Shown here in pieces: positions 36,461 to 44,613 of a stretch of DNA of 64,000 bases (position 1 is its first letter; every line of letters starts with the position of its first letter). The notes beneath the pieces are model-generated. The model did no database searches and was not told the origin of the DNA. It saw only the letters and a list, made by a program, of their open reading frames with translations. The position numbers were made by a program, and so were the translations under genes. Origin of the DNA: an uncultured Saprospiraceae bacterium (lineage in GTDB: Bacteria > Bacteroidota > Bacteroidia > Chitinophagales > Saprospiraceae); assembly GCA_964564545.1 (NCBI GenBank), contig CAZMBP010000028.1, positions 62,046 through 126,045 of the forward strand, read 5' to 3'.

Positions 36461-36934
36461 TCTGTATTGTTTTTTCACTCGATCTAGTTCTCGTTTGTTA
36501 TCTCTTTGTTTTATCGCATCACGTTTGTCGTAAGATTTTTTCCCTTGACCGAGAATGATTTCCATTTTTGCAAAACCTCTTTCTCCGATATACATTCGAT
36601 AAGGAACAATGGAAAAACCTTTTTCTTTTACTTTCTTTTGTAGCTTTCGCAATTCGGGTTTTCTCAAAAGTAATTTTCGATCACGACGTGTTTCATGATT
36701 ATTTTGATTTCCAAATTTATATTCTGCGATAAACATACTCTTGATAATCAACTCTCCTTCTTTTGTAAAAAGGCAATAAGCATCCTTTAGATTCACTTCT
36801 CCTGCTCGAACAGATTTAATTTCTGTTCCTGTCAAACTGATCCCTACTTCAAATTCCGCTAGGAAATGATATTCATATTTTGCCTTCCGATTAATTATCT
36901 CAACTGTACCTTTCGATTTTTTATCCTTTGCCAT
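36458..36934 (-). CDS. smpB: SsrA-binding protein
   Basis: Motifs GTEIKS, the IAEYKFGNQ region and a basic C-terminal tail. The length is 158 aa. Confidence 0.9.
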   Translation of the reverse strand: MAKDKKSKGTVEIINRKAKYEYHFLAEFEVGISLTGTEIKSVRAGEVNLKDAYCLFTKEGELIIKSMFIAEYKFGNQNNHETRRDRKLLLRKPELRKLQKKVKEKGFSIVPYRMYIGERGFAKMEIILGQGKKSYDKRDAIKQRDNKRELDRVKKQYR

Positions 36935-37039
36935 GCTGACTTAATTTTTAAAACATATTTTTTAGTGAAAGTAAATCTCACTTTGAGATACTATTTCTAA
37001 TTATCAATATTACAACTGACATCTCCAATTGCCATTGCC

Positions 37040-37174
37040 TTAATTATCTCTATCTTCAAAAGTCTCATTTTCTTTGTCTTCCATTCTTTTGCCAATCAAG
37101 TAAATCAAAGCCAAAACAATGAAAACCCAGAAAAGGAATTCCAAAGATAAGAGGAATGAAACTATAAATTCCAT
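37040..37174 (-). CDS. Possible 44-aa small membrane protein (absent from the ORF track)
   Basis: My translation is MEFIVSFLLSLEFLFWVFIVLALIYLIGKRMEDKENETFEDRDN*. It has one TM helix and a charged tail. No other support. Confidence 0.25.
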   Translation of the reverse strand: MEFIVSFLLSLEFLFWVFIVLALIYLIGKRMEDKENETFEDRDN

Positions 37175-37204
37175 AAATTGATATTTTTAAAAATTAGTTC
37201 CCTT

Positions 37205-37278
37205 AATATGATATTGAAACACTAGGAATAGAGTAATGAGTAATCCCATTTCTCTATTCCTAGTGTTTCAATATCATT
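37205..37278 (-). terminator. Long (27-29 bp) perfect hairpin immediately 3' of the ybjQ-like gene
   Basis: aatatgatattgaaacactaggaatagag (37205-37233) pairs with ctctattcctagtgtttcaatatcatt (37252-37278). Confidence 0.6.
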
Positions 37279-37280
37279 TA

Positions 37281-37598
37281 TTATTGTTTAAGTCTCACCG
37301 CAGTTCCATATGCTAAAATTTCAGCCGTTCCTTGACTAATCATCGAAGTCGTAAATCGAACATTAATCACCGCATCAGCATCAATACTTTTAGCATCAGC
37401 AATCATTCTTTCGATTGCATGCTCCCGTGAGTCTGCCATTAATTTAGTGTATTCTGAAATTTCTCCTCCAACGATATTTTTCAAACCTGCAAAAATATCA
37501 CGTCCAATATTTCTAGCTCGAACGGTACTTCCCCTAGCTATATCAACAACTTCTTCTATTTCTCTTCCTGGAATGTAATCTGTGGTGGTAATAATCAT
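37281..37598 (-). CDS. ybjQ: YbjQ/UPF0145 family protein
   Basis: MIITTTDYIPGREI...GGEI.EYT... over 105 aa. Confidence 0.8.
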   Translation of the reverse strand: MIITTTDYIPGREIEEVVDIARGSTVRARNIGRDIFAGLKNIVGGEISEYTKLMADSREHAIERMIADAKSIDADAVINVRFTTSMISQGTAEILAYGTAVRLKQ

Positions 37599-37750
37599 AA
37601 TCTAATTTTTTTATTTGTAAAATGAATGCATCTAAGTTAATTGAAATCTCAATTTAGCATTTATTATTTCGATAAAAATAAAAAAAAACACGAGCAACAC
37701 TTAGAGGAACATTCCAAGTTCCATAAAAGAGAAAAAAGGAAAAATGGGAC

Positions 37751-37782
37751 TTGGGAAAGTCCCGTTACGTTTTCTATCTTTG
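37751..37782 (+). promoter_or_regulatory. Candidate Bacteroidota-type promoter for gpmI
   Basis: TATCTTTG (37775-37782) fits the -7 consensus TAnnTTTG. A TTG lies at 37751-37753, 21 nt upstream. The motif is about 60 nt upstream of ATG 37842. Confidence 0.4.
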
Positions 37783-37841
37783 CGCCAACTCACCATTTTA
37801 AAACCAATAACCTATTTTTAAAAAAATCACATTCGTATCTT

Positions 37842-39392
37842 ATGAAATCAGAAAAAGTCATACTCATCATTTTAGATGGTTGGGGACATGGAAAAAATCC
37901 AAAAGTCAGCGCAGTCGCTCAAGCAAAAACGCCTTATGTTGATTCTTTATATAAAAAATATCCTAATTCAGAATTGGTCACTTTTGGAGAAGAAGTTGGT
38001 TTGCCTGAAGGTCAAATGGGAAACTCAGAAGTTGGCCATTTGAATATTGGAGCTGGAAGAATTGTCTATCAAGAACTCGCTCGAATCAATAAAGCCATCA
38101 AAGAAAAAACACTTCACAAAAATAAAAAACTTCTTGCGGCACTCAAGTATGCGAAAGACAACAACAAGTCTGTGCACTTGATGGGCTTAGTTTCGGATGG
38201 AGGAGTTCATTCCCATATCGAACATTTGAAAGCACTTTGCGATATCACTCAATCTAAGGATTTGAAAAAAGTTTACATCCACGCATTTATGGATGGACGA
38301 GATACTTCGCCAAATGGAGGAAAAGATTACCTCGAAGAGGTCTTAAATCATACCAAAAAACAATCAGTAAAATTAGCTTCTGTCATCGGTCGATATTATG
38401 CGATGGATCGAGATAAGCGATGGGAACGAGTCAAATTAGCGTACGATCTTTTGGTCAAAGGGGAAGGAGAAAAAACAAAAGATATTTTAGCAACGCTTGA
38501 AAAAAACTATAAGAAAAAAGTCACGGACGAATTTTTAAAACCAATCGTCTGCGTGAATCGAGCTGGGAATCCAATTACAAAAATTAAAAAAGACGATGTC
38601 GTCATCTTTTTTAATTTTAGAACAGATCGCCCAAGAGAAATATCTGAAGTTTTGACTCAGTCAGATATGCCTGATTTTGGAATGAAAAAATTGCCTTTAC
38701 ATTTTGTTACGATGACTCGTTATGATGAGAAATTTAAAAATGTAAATGTATTGTTTGAAAAAGACAACCTGGAAGACACGCTGGGAGAAATTTTAGCCAA
38801 AAGAAAAAAGACACAAGTTCGGATTGCAGAAACTGAAAAATACCCACACGTTACTTTTTTCTTTTCAGGTGGCCGAGAAGCTGAGTTTCCTAACGAAAGA
38901 AGACTCATGGTCGCGTCTCCAAAAGTTGCAACTTACGACCTCCAACCTGAAATGAGTGCTGTCGAAATTACTAATACCATTATCAAAGACATCAAAAAAA
39001 ATCAACCTAATTTTATTTGTTTAAATTATGCAAATACGGATATGGTTGGTCACACAGGTATTTTTGAAGCTGCAAAAAAAGCGGCGGTGACTGTTGATAA
39101 ATGTGTCAAAAAGTTGATGAATGTTGCTTTGAAAAATAACTACGCAGCAATCATTATTGCCGATCATGGTAACTCTGACATCATGATAAATGAAGATGGA
39201 ACACCACACACCGCACATACTAAAAACCTTGTGCCTTGTTTTCTTGTTGGAAATGATATAGATGAAAGAATCAAATTGAAAGATGGAAAATTAGCAGATG
39301 TTGCGCCAACAATACTTTCGATTTTAGGTTTGAGAAAACCGTCTATCATGACTGGGAAAAATTTAATTACAAAACAACGTTTAAAAAAATAA
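37842..39392 (+). CDS. gpmI: 2,3-bisphosphoglycerate-independent phosphoglycerate mutase
   Basis: Motifs ILDGWG, NSEVGHLN, SDGGVHS, MDGRDT and DHGN. I chose the ATG giving 516 aa. The track ORF extends upstream to 37641. Confidence 0.9.
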   Translation: MKSEKVILIILDGWGHGKNPKVSAVAQAKTPYVDSLYKKYPNSELVTFGEEVGLPEGQMGNSEVGHLNIGAGRIVYQELARINKAIKEKTLHKNKKLLAALKYAKDNNKSVHLMGLVSDGGVHSHIEHLKALCDITQSKDLKKVYIHAFMDGRDTSPNGGKDYLEEVLNHTKKQSVKLASVIGRYYAMDRDKRWERVKLAYDLLVKGEGEKTKDILATLEKNYKKKVTDEFLKPIVCVNRAGNPITKIKKDDVVIFFNFRTDRPREISEVLTQSDMPDFGMKKLPLHFVTMTRYDEKFKNVNVLFEKDNLEDTLGEILAKRKKTQVRIAETEKYPHVTFFFSGGREAEFPNERRLMVASPKVATYDLQPEMSAVEITNTIIKDIKKNQPNFICLNYANTDMVGHTGIFEAAKKAAVTVDKCVKKLMNVALKNNYAAIIIADHGNSDIMINEDGTPHTAHTKNLVPCFLVGNDIDERIKLKDGKLADVAPTILSILGLRKPSIMTGKNLITKQRLKK

Positions 39393-39398
39393 TTTCTT

Positions 39399-39950
39399 TT
39401 GAAAAAAACATTTTGGTTTATTCTCCTTTTATCCATTTCATTTTTTGCTTCTTGCGAAATAGAAAATGTCAAAAGCTCACATCAATCATTTTTTGATATC
39501 AATGATTTCTTGGAGCAAGAAATAGCTCAACTTTCTGAGTTAAAGTCTATCAAAAAGAAGGTTGAAATCAATGGAAAAATTGATGAACAAGTTTTGGAAA
39601 CATTTGACTTAGAAAAAGATCTAACCATTTTCCGAAATTCGAATATTAATAAAATTGCTTGGTTGGACAAATACGAAGTGGATAGCACCATGAATAAATC
39701 AGGACAATTAACTGAGTTAAAATATCATGCAACTGACTCGAAATTAAAAACTCGTGAATTAACTGTCTCCTACTCCAATGGAAAAGTAAATACAATTCTG
39801 ATCAAAAATGCCTCTGGTAATCAGGTGAGTGATCTTACCCAAACATTGCAATACTACTCTATGAAAGGATATTCTGTAGAAAGTAATCAGAAAGTATCAC
39901 TTAGCGATGCACAAAATTTAAAAATTGAAGTAGAATATTCAAATAATTAA
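39399..39950 (+). CDS. Hypothetical lipoprotein
   Basis: TTG start and lipobox SISFFASC. The length is 183 aa. Confidence 0.6.
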   Translation: MKKTFWFILLLSISFFASCEIENVKSSHQSFFDINDFLEQEIAQLSELKSIKKKVEINGKIDEQVLETFDLEKDLTIFRNSNINKIAWLDKYEVDSTMNKSGQLTELKYHATDSKLKTRELTVSYSNGKVNTILIKNASGNQVSDLTQTLQYYSMKGYSVESNQKVSLSDAQNLKIEVEYSNN

Positions 39951-40023
39951 ATTTTCCATTTTAGGACGAGCAGTTTAACAGTTAGCGAAGCGAAAACAGT
40001 TTAACAGGTTCTCCAAAAAAAGT

Positions 40024-40062
40024 ATCCCGAATTTCCAATTTGAAAATTCGGGATGCTTTTTT
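40024..40062 (+). terminator. Rho-independent terminator
   Basis: atcccgaattt / aaattcgggat followed by gcttttttt. Confidence 0.7.
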
Positions 40063-40805
40063 TATTCTGCTTTGTCAAAAGGTATCTGTCCATTATTCGG
40101 ATCATAAATAGCTAAAACTACTCTTCGATTAAACTTTCTTCCTTCTGGATCATCTTTTCCATTTGAATCCATATTTTTCTTTTCTGGAATAGATTCCCCA
40201 AAAACTTCTGCCTTTATTCTACTTGATTTAATTCCTTTATTAATCAAGTAATTTCTAGAATTCCTAGCTCGTCTCTTAGAAAGTGCAATATTATATTCAG
40301 CCGAACCTTTAGAATCGGTATGCCCAGAAACTAATATTTTGAGTCGTGGATTTTCTTTTAAAACGATCACCACTTTATCTAAAGCACGTTTGGATTTCAA
40401 ACTCAAAGTGGATTGATTAAAACCAAAAAATACATTCTGAAGATTTAGTATTTCGGTGGATTCATCTGAATATGTTGAAGATGGAGAAATATACGGACAA
40501 GGTTTTCCACACAATCGTCTTTGCTCCTCAATGTCAATTACATAAGCATTTTTGAAACCTTTATTCCTTGCCTCATTGACCAATAAGTCTGCTTCGGCTC
40601 TTTCCCGAAATTCACCAATATAATACCTGTAAATATTATTCTGATCGGTAAGCATATAAACTCCAAAAATATGAGCTTCTGAAAAATAGGAGAAAGGAAC
40701 TTTTTCTACGTACGCAGCAAGTTGCACTCGATATGGTTGAGCGAATATGGCAATAGAATAACATATAAAAAATATACTAAGAATTGTTTCTTTTTGGTGT
40801 TTCAT
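40062..40805 (-). CDS. OmpA-family protein (SPOR-like N-terminal region + OmpA/MotB C-terminal domain)
   Basis: Motifs FGFNQSTL, VSGHTDSKGSAEYNIALSKRRA and NRRV. Confidence 0.8.
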   Translation of the reverse strand: MKHQKETILSIFFICYSIAIFAQPYRVQLAAYVEKVPFSYFSEAHIFGVYMLTDQNNIYRYYIGEFRERAEADLLVNEARNKGFKNAYVIDIEEQRRLCGKPCPYISPSSTYSDESTEILNLQNVFFGFNQSTLSLKSKRALDKVVIVLKENPRLKILVSGHTDSKGSAEYNIALSKRRARNSRNYLINKGIKSSRIKAEVFGESIPEKKNMDSNGKDDPEGRKFNRRVVLAIYDPNNGQIPFDKAE

Positions 40806-41059
40806 AGGATTGCTAATGTTTCTAGCTGTAAAAAAATATTATTCGGTTTAGGGGGTATTTTTAAAGCTTTCTTTTTCTCCTAAAACATGTGATTCCTAAA
40901 AAAGTGTAATCGAGATGCTAAGTTACTACGTTTTACACATTATTTTTAATATAAATATGAAAAAAATGACTTTTAACTTTTAAAAGGGCAGGATAATAAA
41001 TGTGACAGGATGAAAATTATAATATTACTAGCATTTGTTGAACTCTTGAATAGTTGTGC

Positions 41060-41881
41060 TTAAACAGCTTTTATCCCTTTGATTTTTCTTAATAATTGCT
41101 GAGTCTCAGGCAAAGGCTCTATTCCAAATTCTTCTTCTAGAACTTTTTCACATTGCTGATAAGTTTTTATGGCCATTGGACGGTTGCCTTTTTGGAGATA
41201 GGCCTCCATTTGAACTCGATAAGCATCTTCCCAGGCATGATCGATGAGTAAGGCTTTTTGAGCAAAACGAATGCTTTCTAGGGGATTTTTTTCTACCAAT
41301 AATTCACTCAAAGTTATCATTGCTCCAAGCGCTAAAATTTGCAATCGTTCTCGTTCTTCACTCGACCAATCCTCGTACAATCGATTGGGTAGATAAATTC
41401 CTCCGTACAATTCGATGGCTTCTTGGTATGCCTTAATAGCAACTTCGGGAGCATCGCCTAAGGCTTGATTCCCAAGTGCAATAAATTTTTCAACAGCTTC
41501 TGTATCAATCCAAATTTTTTCTAAATTCAATTGATAAGTAATCCCTTGGCGTAAAATATACTTTGGTTCAGTTCGGCTAGGTCGGTTGGGCTCGAGTACT
41601 TTATTGATACCATGAAGGGCGACTTTAAAATTTTGATCAGCTGTTTTTCCATCTGCATCTTCCCAAAGTCGATCAACGATTTGTTCTTTGTGCAAACTAT
41701 GTCGGTGTCGAGCAGTTACTAAAAATTGAAATAATTGAATTGTCTTGTCTCTCCCCCACTCTTTGGCTGAGACCTTTTCACCGTCTCTCCATATTTGGAA
41801 ATTACCCAAAGTCTGCACATGAATATCTGCGTTTTTCTTTTGGGCAATTAGGTCAACAATTTGATTTTCAATTTTACTCAT
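41060..41881 (-). CDS. SARP/AfsR-DnrI-type regulator (OmpR-like winged helix + BTAD domain)
   Basis: The N-terminal segment TLGNFQIWRDGEKVSAKEWGRDKTIQLFQFLV....LHKEQIVDRLW is the wHTH. The C-terminal YLP..YEDW...ERERL......AYRVQMEAYLQKGNR..AIKTYQQCEKVLEEEFGIEP is the BTAD signature. Confidence 0.75.
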   Translation of the reverse strand: MSKIENQIVDLIAQKKNADIHVQTLGNFQIWRDGEKVSAKEWGRDKTIQLFQFLVTARHRHSLHKEQIVDRLWEDADGKTADQNFKVALHGINKVLEPNRPSRTEPKYILRQGITYQLNLEKIWIDTEAVEKFIALGNQALGDAPEVAIKAYQEAIELYGGIYLPNRLYEDWSSEERERLQILALGAMITLSELLVEKNPLESIRFAQKALLIDHAWEDAYRVQMEAYLQKGNRPMAIKTYQQCEKVLEEEFGIEPLPETQQLLRKIKGIKAV

Positions 41882-41946
41882 TAATCTGTTTGATTGCTTT
41901 TCTGGTGTTTAAGTGTATAGTCGAATATACATTAACACAATTTTTC

Positions 41947-42477
41947 TCATTTCTTGCTCAATTTATTCACCTTCTTATTTAAATCTGAAACTTCCTTTGA
42001 CATTTTCTCCATCAATTCCATCATCATTTTATGATCTGACTTAGAAACACCTCTCCATTCATCAACATCAACCTTTCGTTGTGCAATCGTCTCTTCTACT
42101 TTTTGAGAAATCGCATCACTCACTTCTTGAAATTCTTTTTGAATATTCTCGACTCCTTTTTTGGGATCTTTGATGGTTTCCATAACCATTTTCGGAGCAT
42201 TCAAAGTCATTTTTTTCCAAAGGTCAAAACTCTTGGATAGGATTCCTTTTTGTTCTTCAGGTGATTTATCTTCCATCTGCTGAATTGTCATTTCAGCCAA
42301 TTTCTCTTGGATAAAATTTACTGCATCATCAAACTCTGAAAATCGTTTTTCGTCACCACCTTGCACATGCCGAATATTTCCTCGCCATTGCACTTGAGGT
42401 TCGCCTTCGTTATTTTTAAAAATCTTTTGAGTGAATCGCAGCATGAATGAAGCGGTCTCATCTTTTTTTACAGACAT
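41947..42477 (-). CDS. K/E-rich predicted helical protein, unknown family
   Basis: 176-aa ORF. The N-terminal motif is FMLRF...QWRGNIRHVQGGDEKRFSEFDDAVNFIQEKL. The remainder is charged, amphipathic-looking helix. Confidence 0.6.
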   Translation of the reverse strand: MSVKKDETASFMLRFTQKIFKNNEGEPQVQWRGNIRHVQGGDEKRFSEFDDAVNFIQEKLAEMTIQQMEDKSPEEQKGILSKSFDLWKKMTLNAPKMVMETIKDPKKGVENIQKEFQEVSDAISQKVEETIAQRKVDVDEWRGVSKSDHKMMMELMEKMSKEVSDLNKKVNKLSKK

Positions 42478-42716
42478 AATTATTTATTTTGATTCTTACA
42501 ATCGTAAAAATACCAAATCTAAGTTACAGATGAGTAACTGGTTTAAGAAATAAATTTTAAGATTAAATCAGGGAAACATAATTTTATATTTAAAGGTTTA
42601 TTACTACTTTAGACGTTATGGAATAGCTCAATAATAAATTACCATTTCTGGCTGTTTATTTATGGTCTTTTCTTTATCTATTTTGTGAAAAATTATATTT
42701 AAAAATATACAATTCT

Positions 42717-44543
42717 ATGTTTGGAAAACTGCTAAAAAATCTTGACAACCCAAATCTGAAATCCATCTCAGGAATGGATGCCACTTTTTTATATATCGAT
42801 TCGCCAACAAGTCCAATGCACGTTGGAAGTGTTGCTGTAATTGAAGGTGACTTGAAATTTGAGACTTTCAGGAAAACAATCTTATCGCGATTACACATGA
42901 TTCCAAAGTTGCGAAAGAAATTAGTTTATGCACCAATGAGTATTGATTATCCATATTGGGTGGATGATCCAGAGTTTGATGTTGACTTGCATTTACATCA
43001 TATCGCATTACCTAAACCAGGTGGTTGGAAAGAATTGCGGAGAGTTGCTTCACAAGTTTTTAGTGAGCACTTAGATCAAAATCGACCATTGTGGTCTTTT
43101 ACATTTGTCGAAGGATTGGAAAATGTACCTCAAGTTCCAAAGGGCTCCGTTGCTGTAATTTCCAAAATTCATCACGTAGCGATTGATGGGATGGCTGGAG
43201 CTGGAATGATGAGTTTAATTTTTGATTTTACTCCGGAGAAAAAACCAATTCCTGATCCTAAACCATTTAGCCCTAAATCAATTCCAAATGAGCTTTCAGT
43301 CGTGATGAAAAGTGCGATAAGCTTTGCTGGCAATCCATTGAAATTACCCAAGATACTTTCGAAAGCGGTAAAAGGATCTCTTAAAGCTGGAATGCTAACT
43401 CGAGTTCAACGAATGGAATTACCAACTGCTCCTTTTTCAGCTCCTCCTTCTCCATTGAATGGAATTGTTTCAGGACGTCGAAAATGGAATACTGCCATCT
43501 TAGATTTAAAAAGAATCAAAGAATTAAAAAAGATCATGGGTACGACCATGAATGATGTCGTACTTGCCTTTTGTGCAGGTGCGCTGAGAAGATATTTGAA
43601 AGAGAAAAAGAGATTACCACACAAACCATTGGTAGCGATGGTTCCGATTTCTACTCGAACAGAGGCGGAAAAAGATAATACCGATAATCAAGTTTCTTCG
43701 ATGCTAGTTCAGTTGGCTACAAATATTGAAGATCCAATCGAACGATTAGAAGCTATTCATGAAAATACGGTGCGTGGAAAAACTTATCAAAAAGCAATTG
43801 GTGCCAAAACGTTAGCGAGCATGGCAGAAGCTGTTCCTTTTGGAATTGCGAATCAAGCAGCACGATTGTATACTCGATTTCATCTTTCGGAAATGCATAA
43901 TCCTGTTTTTAATGTAACGATTACTAATGTTCCTGGCCCACAATTTCCATTGTACCTGAATGGGCATCGCTTGTTGACCGTTGGAGGAATGGCTCCGATT
44001 TTGGATGGAATGGGATTGATTATTACCATTTTAAGTTACAATGGTTTTGTAACGATTAGCCCAACTTCGGATGCGAATACGATGCCTGACATTGATATTT
44101 TCACTCGTTACATTCGAGAGTCCGCTAATGAATTGGAAGAGCTTATTTTAAAACGAGGTAAGAAGAAATCAGCAGCGAATAAAAAACCAACCAAGGCAAA
44201 GTCTGACGCTTTGTTTGCTCATTTCAAAAAAGAGCTAAAAGCCGCGGCGAAATTTATCAAACCAAATAATGGTTTGTTCCAATTTCATGTGACAGGTGAT
44301 GTAGAGACTTTTTGGCAAGTGAATTTAAATAATTCTCCTGGAACAGTTTTAAAAAGAAAAGCGAAAGATCCTGATGCTACATTCATCATTAAAGATGAGC
44401 ACTTGATGAAAATCGGAATGGGAAAAATGAATTTGCAAACTGCATTCATTCAAGGACGATTAAAAATCGACGGTGATTCTGGGAAGGCGATGAAGTTGGG
44501 AGCAATTATTTCTAAGTTGCCAAAATTGGAGGTGAAGAAATAA
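42717..44543 (+). CDS. Wax ester synthase/diacylglycerol acyltransferase (WS/DGAT) fused to a C-terminal SCP2 sterol-carrier domain
   Basis: The active-site motif HHVAIDG is at aa 152-158 (nt 43170-43190). NDVVLA and PLY..G are WS/DGAT C-domain features. Roughly the last 100 aa, FQFHVTGD...LQTAFIQGRLKIDGDSGKAMKLG, look like SCP2. Confidence 0.85.
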   Translation: MFGKLLKNLDNPNLKSISGMDATFLYIDSPTSPMHVGSVAVIEGDLKFETFRKTILSRLHMIPKLRKKLVYAPMSIDYPYWVDDPEFDVDLHLHHIALPKPGGWKELRRVASQVFSEHLDQNRPLWSFTFVEGLENVPQVPKGSVAVISKIHHVAIDGMAGAGMMSLIFDFTPEKKPIPDPKPFSPKSIPNELSVVMKSAISFAGNPLKLPKILSKAVKGSLKAGMLTRVQRMELPTAPFSAPPSPLNGIVSGRRKWNTAILDLKRIKELKKIMGTTMNDVVLAFCAGALRRYLKEKKRLPHKPLVAMVPISTRTEAEKDNTDNQVSSMLVQLATNIEDPIERLEAIHENTVRGKTYQKAIGAKTLASMAEAVPFGIANQAARLYTRFHLSEMHNPVFNVTITNVPGPQFPLYLNGHRLLTVGGMAPILDGMGLIITILSYNGFVTISPTSDANTMPDIDIFTRYIRESANELEELILKRGKKKSAANKKPTKAKSDALFAHFKKELKAAAKFIKPNNGLFQFHVTGDVETFWQVNLNNSPGTVLKRKAKDPDATFIIKDEHLMKIGMGKMNLQTAFIQGRLKIDGDSGKAMKLGAIISKLPKLEVKK

Positions 44544-44563
44544 TAATTCAAAAATAATGACAA

Positions 44564-44595
44564 CTGTAGAGACAAGGTATGCCTTGTCTCTACAA
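44564..44595. terminator. Bidirectional terminator between convergent genes
   Basis: tgtagagacaagg-tatg-ccttgtctctaca (13-bp stem). Confidence 0.7.
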
Positions 44596-44613
44596 TCAAA
44601 AATCCTATTATTA

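Noticed and set aside
37641-37841. 67-codon N-terminal extension of the gpmI ORF in the track.
   Set aside because: The extension is K/H-rich junk-like sequence. It contains the TAnnTTTG promoter candidate. iPGM proteins begin near the ILDGWG motif, so ATG 37842 is the sensible start.
42674-42898. 74-aa minus-strand ORF overlapping the WS/DGAT start, and the ORF at 43406-43624 on the minus strand.
   Set aside because: They are antisense to a well-supported CDS and have no motifs.
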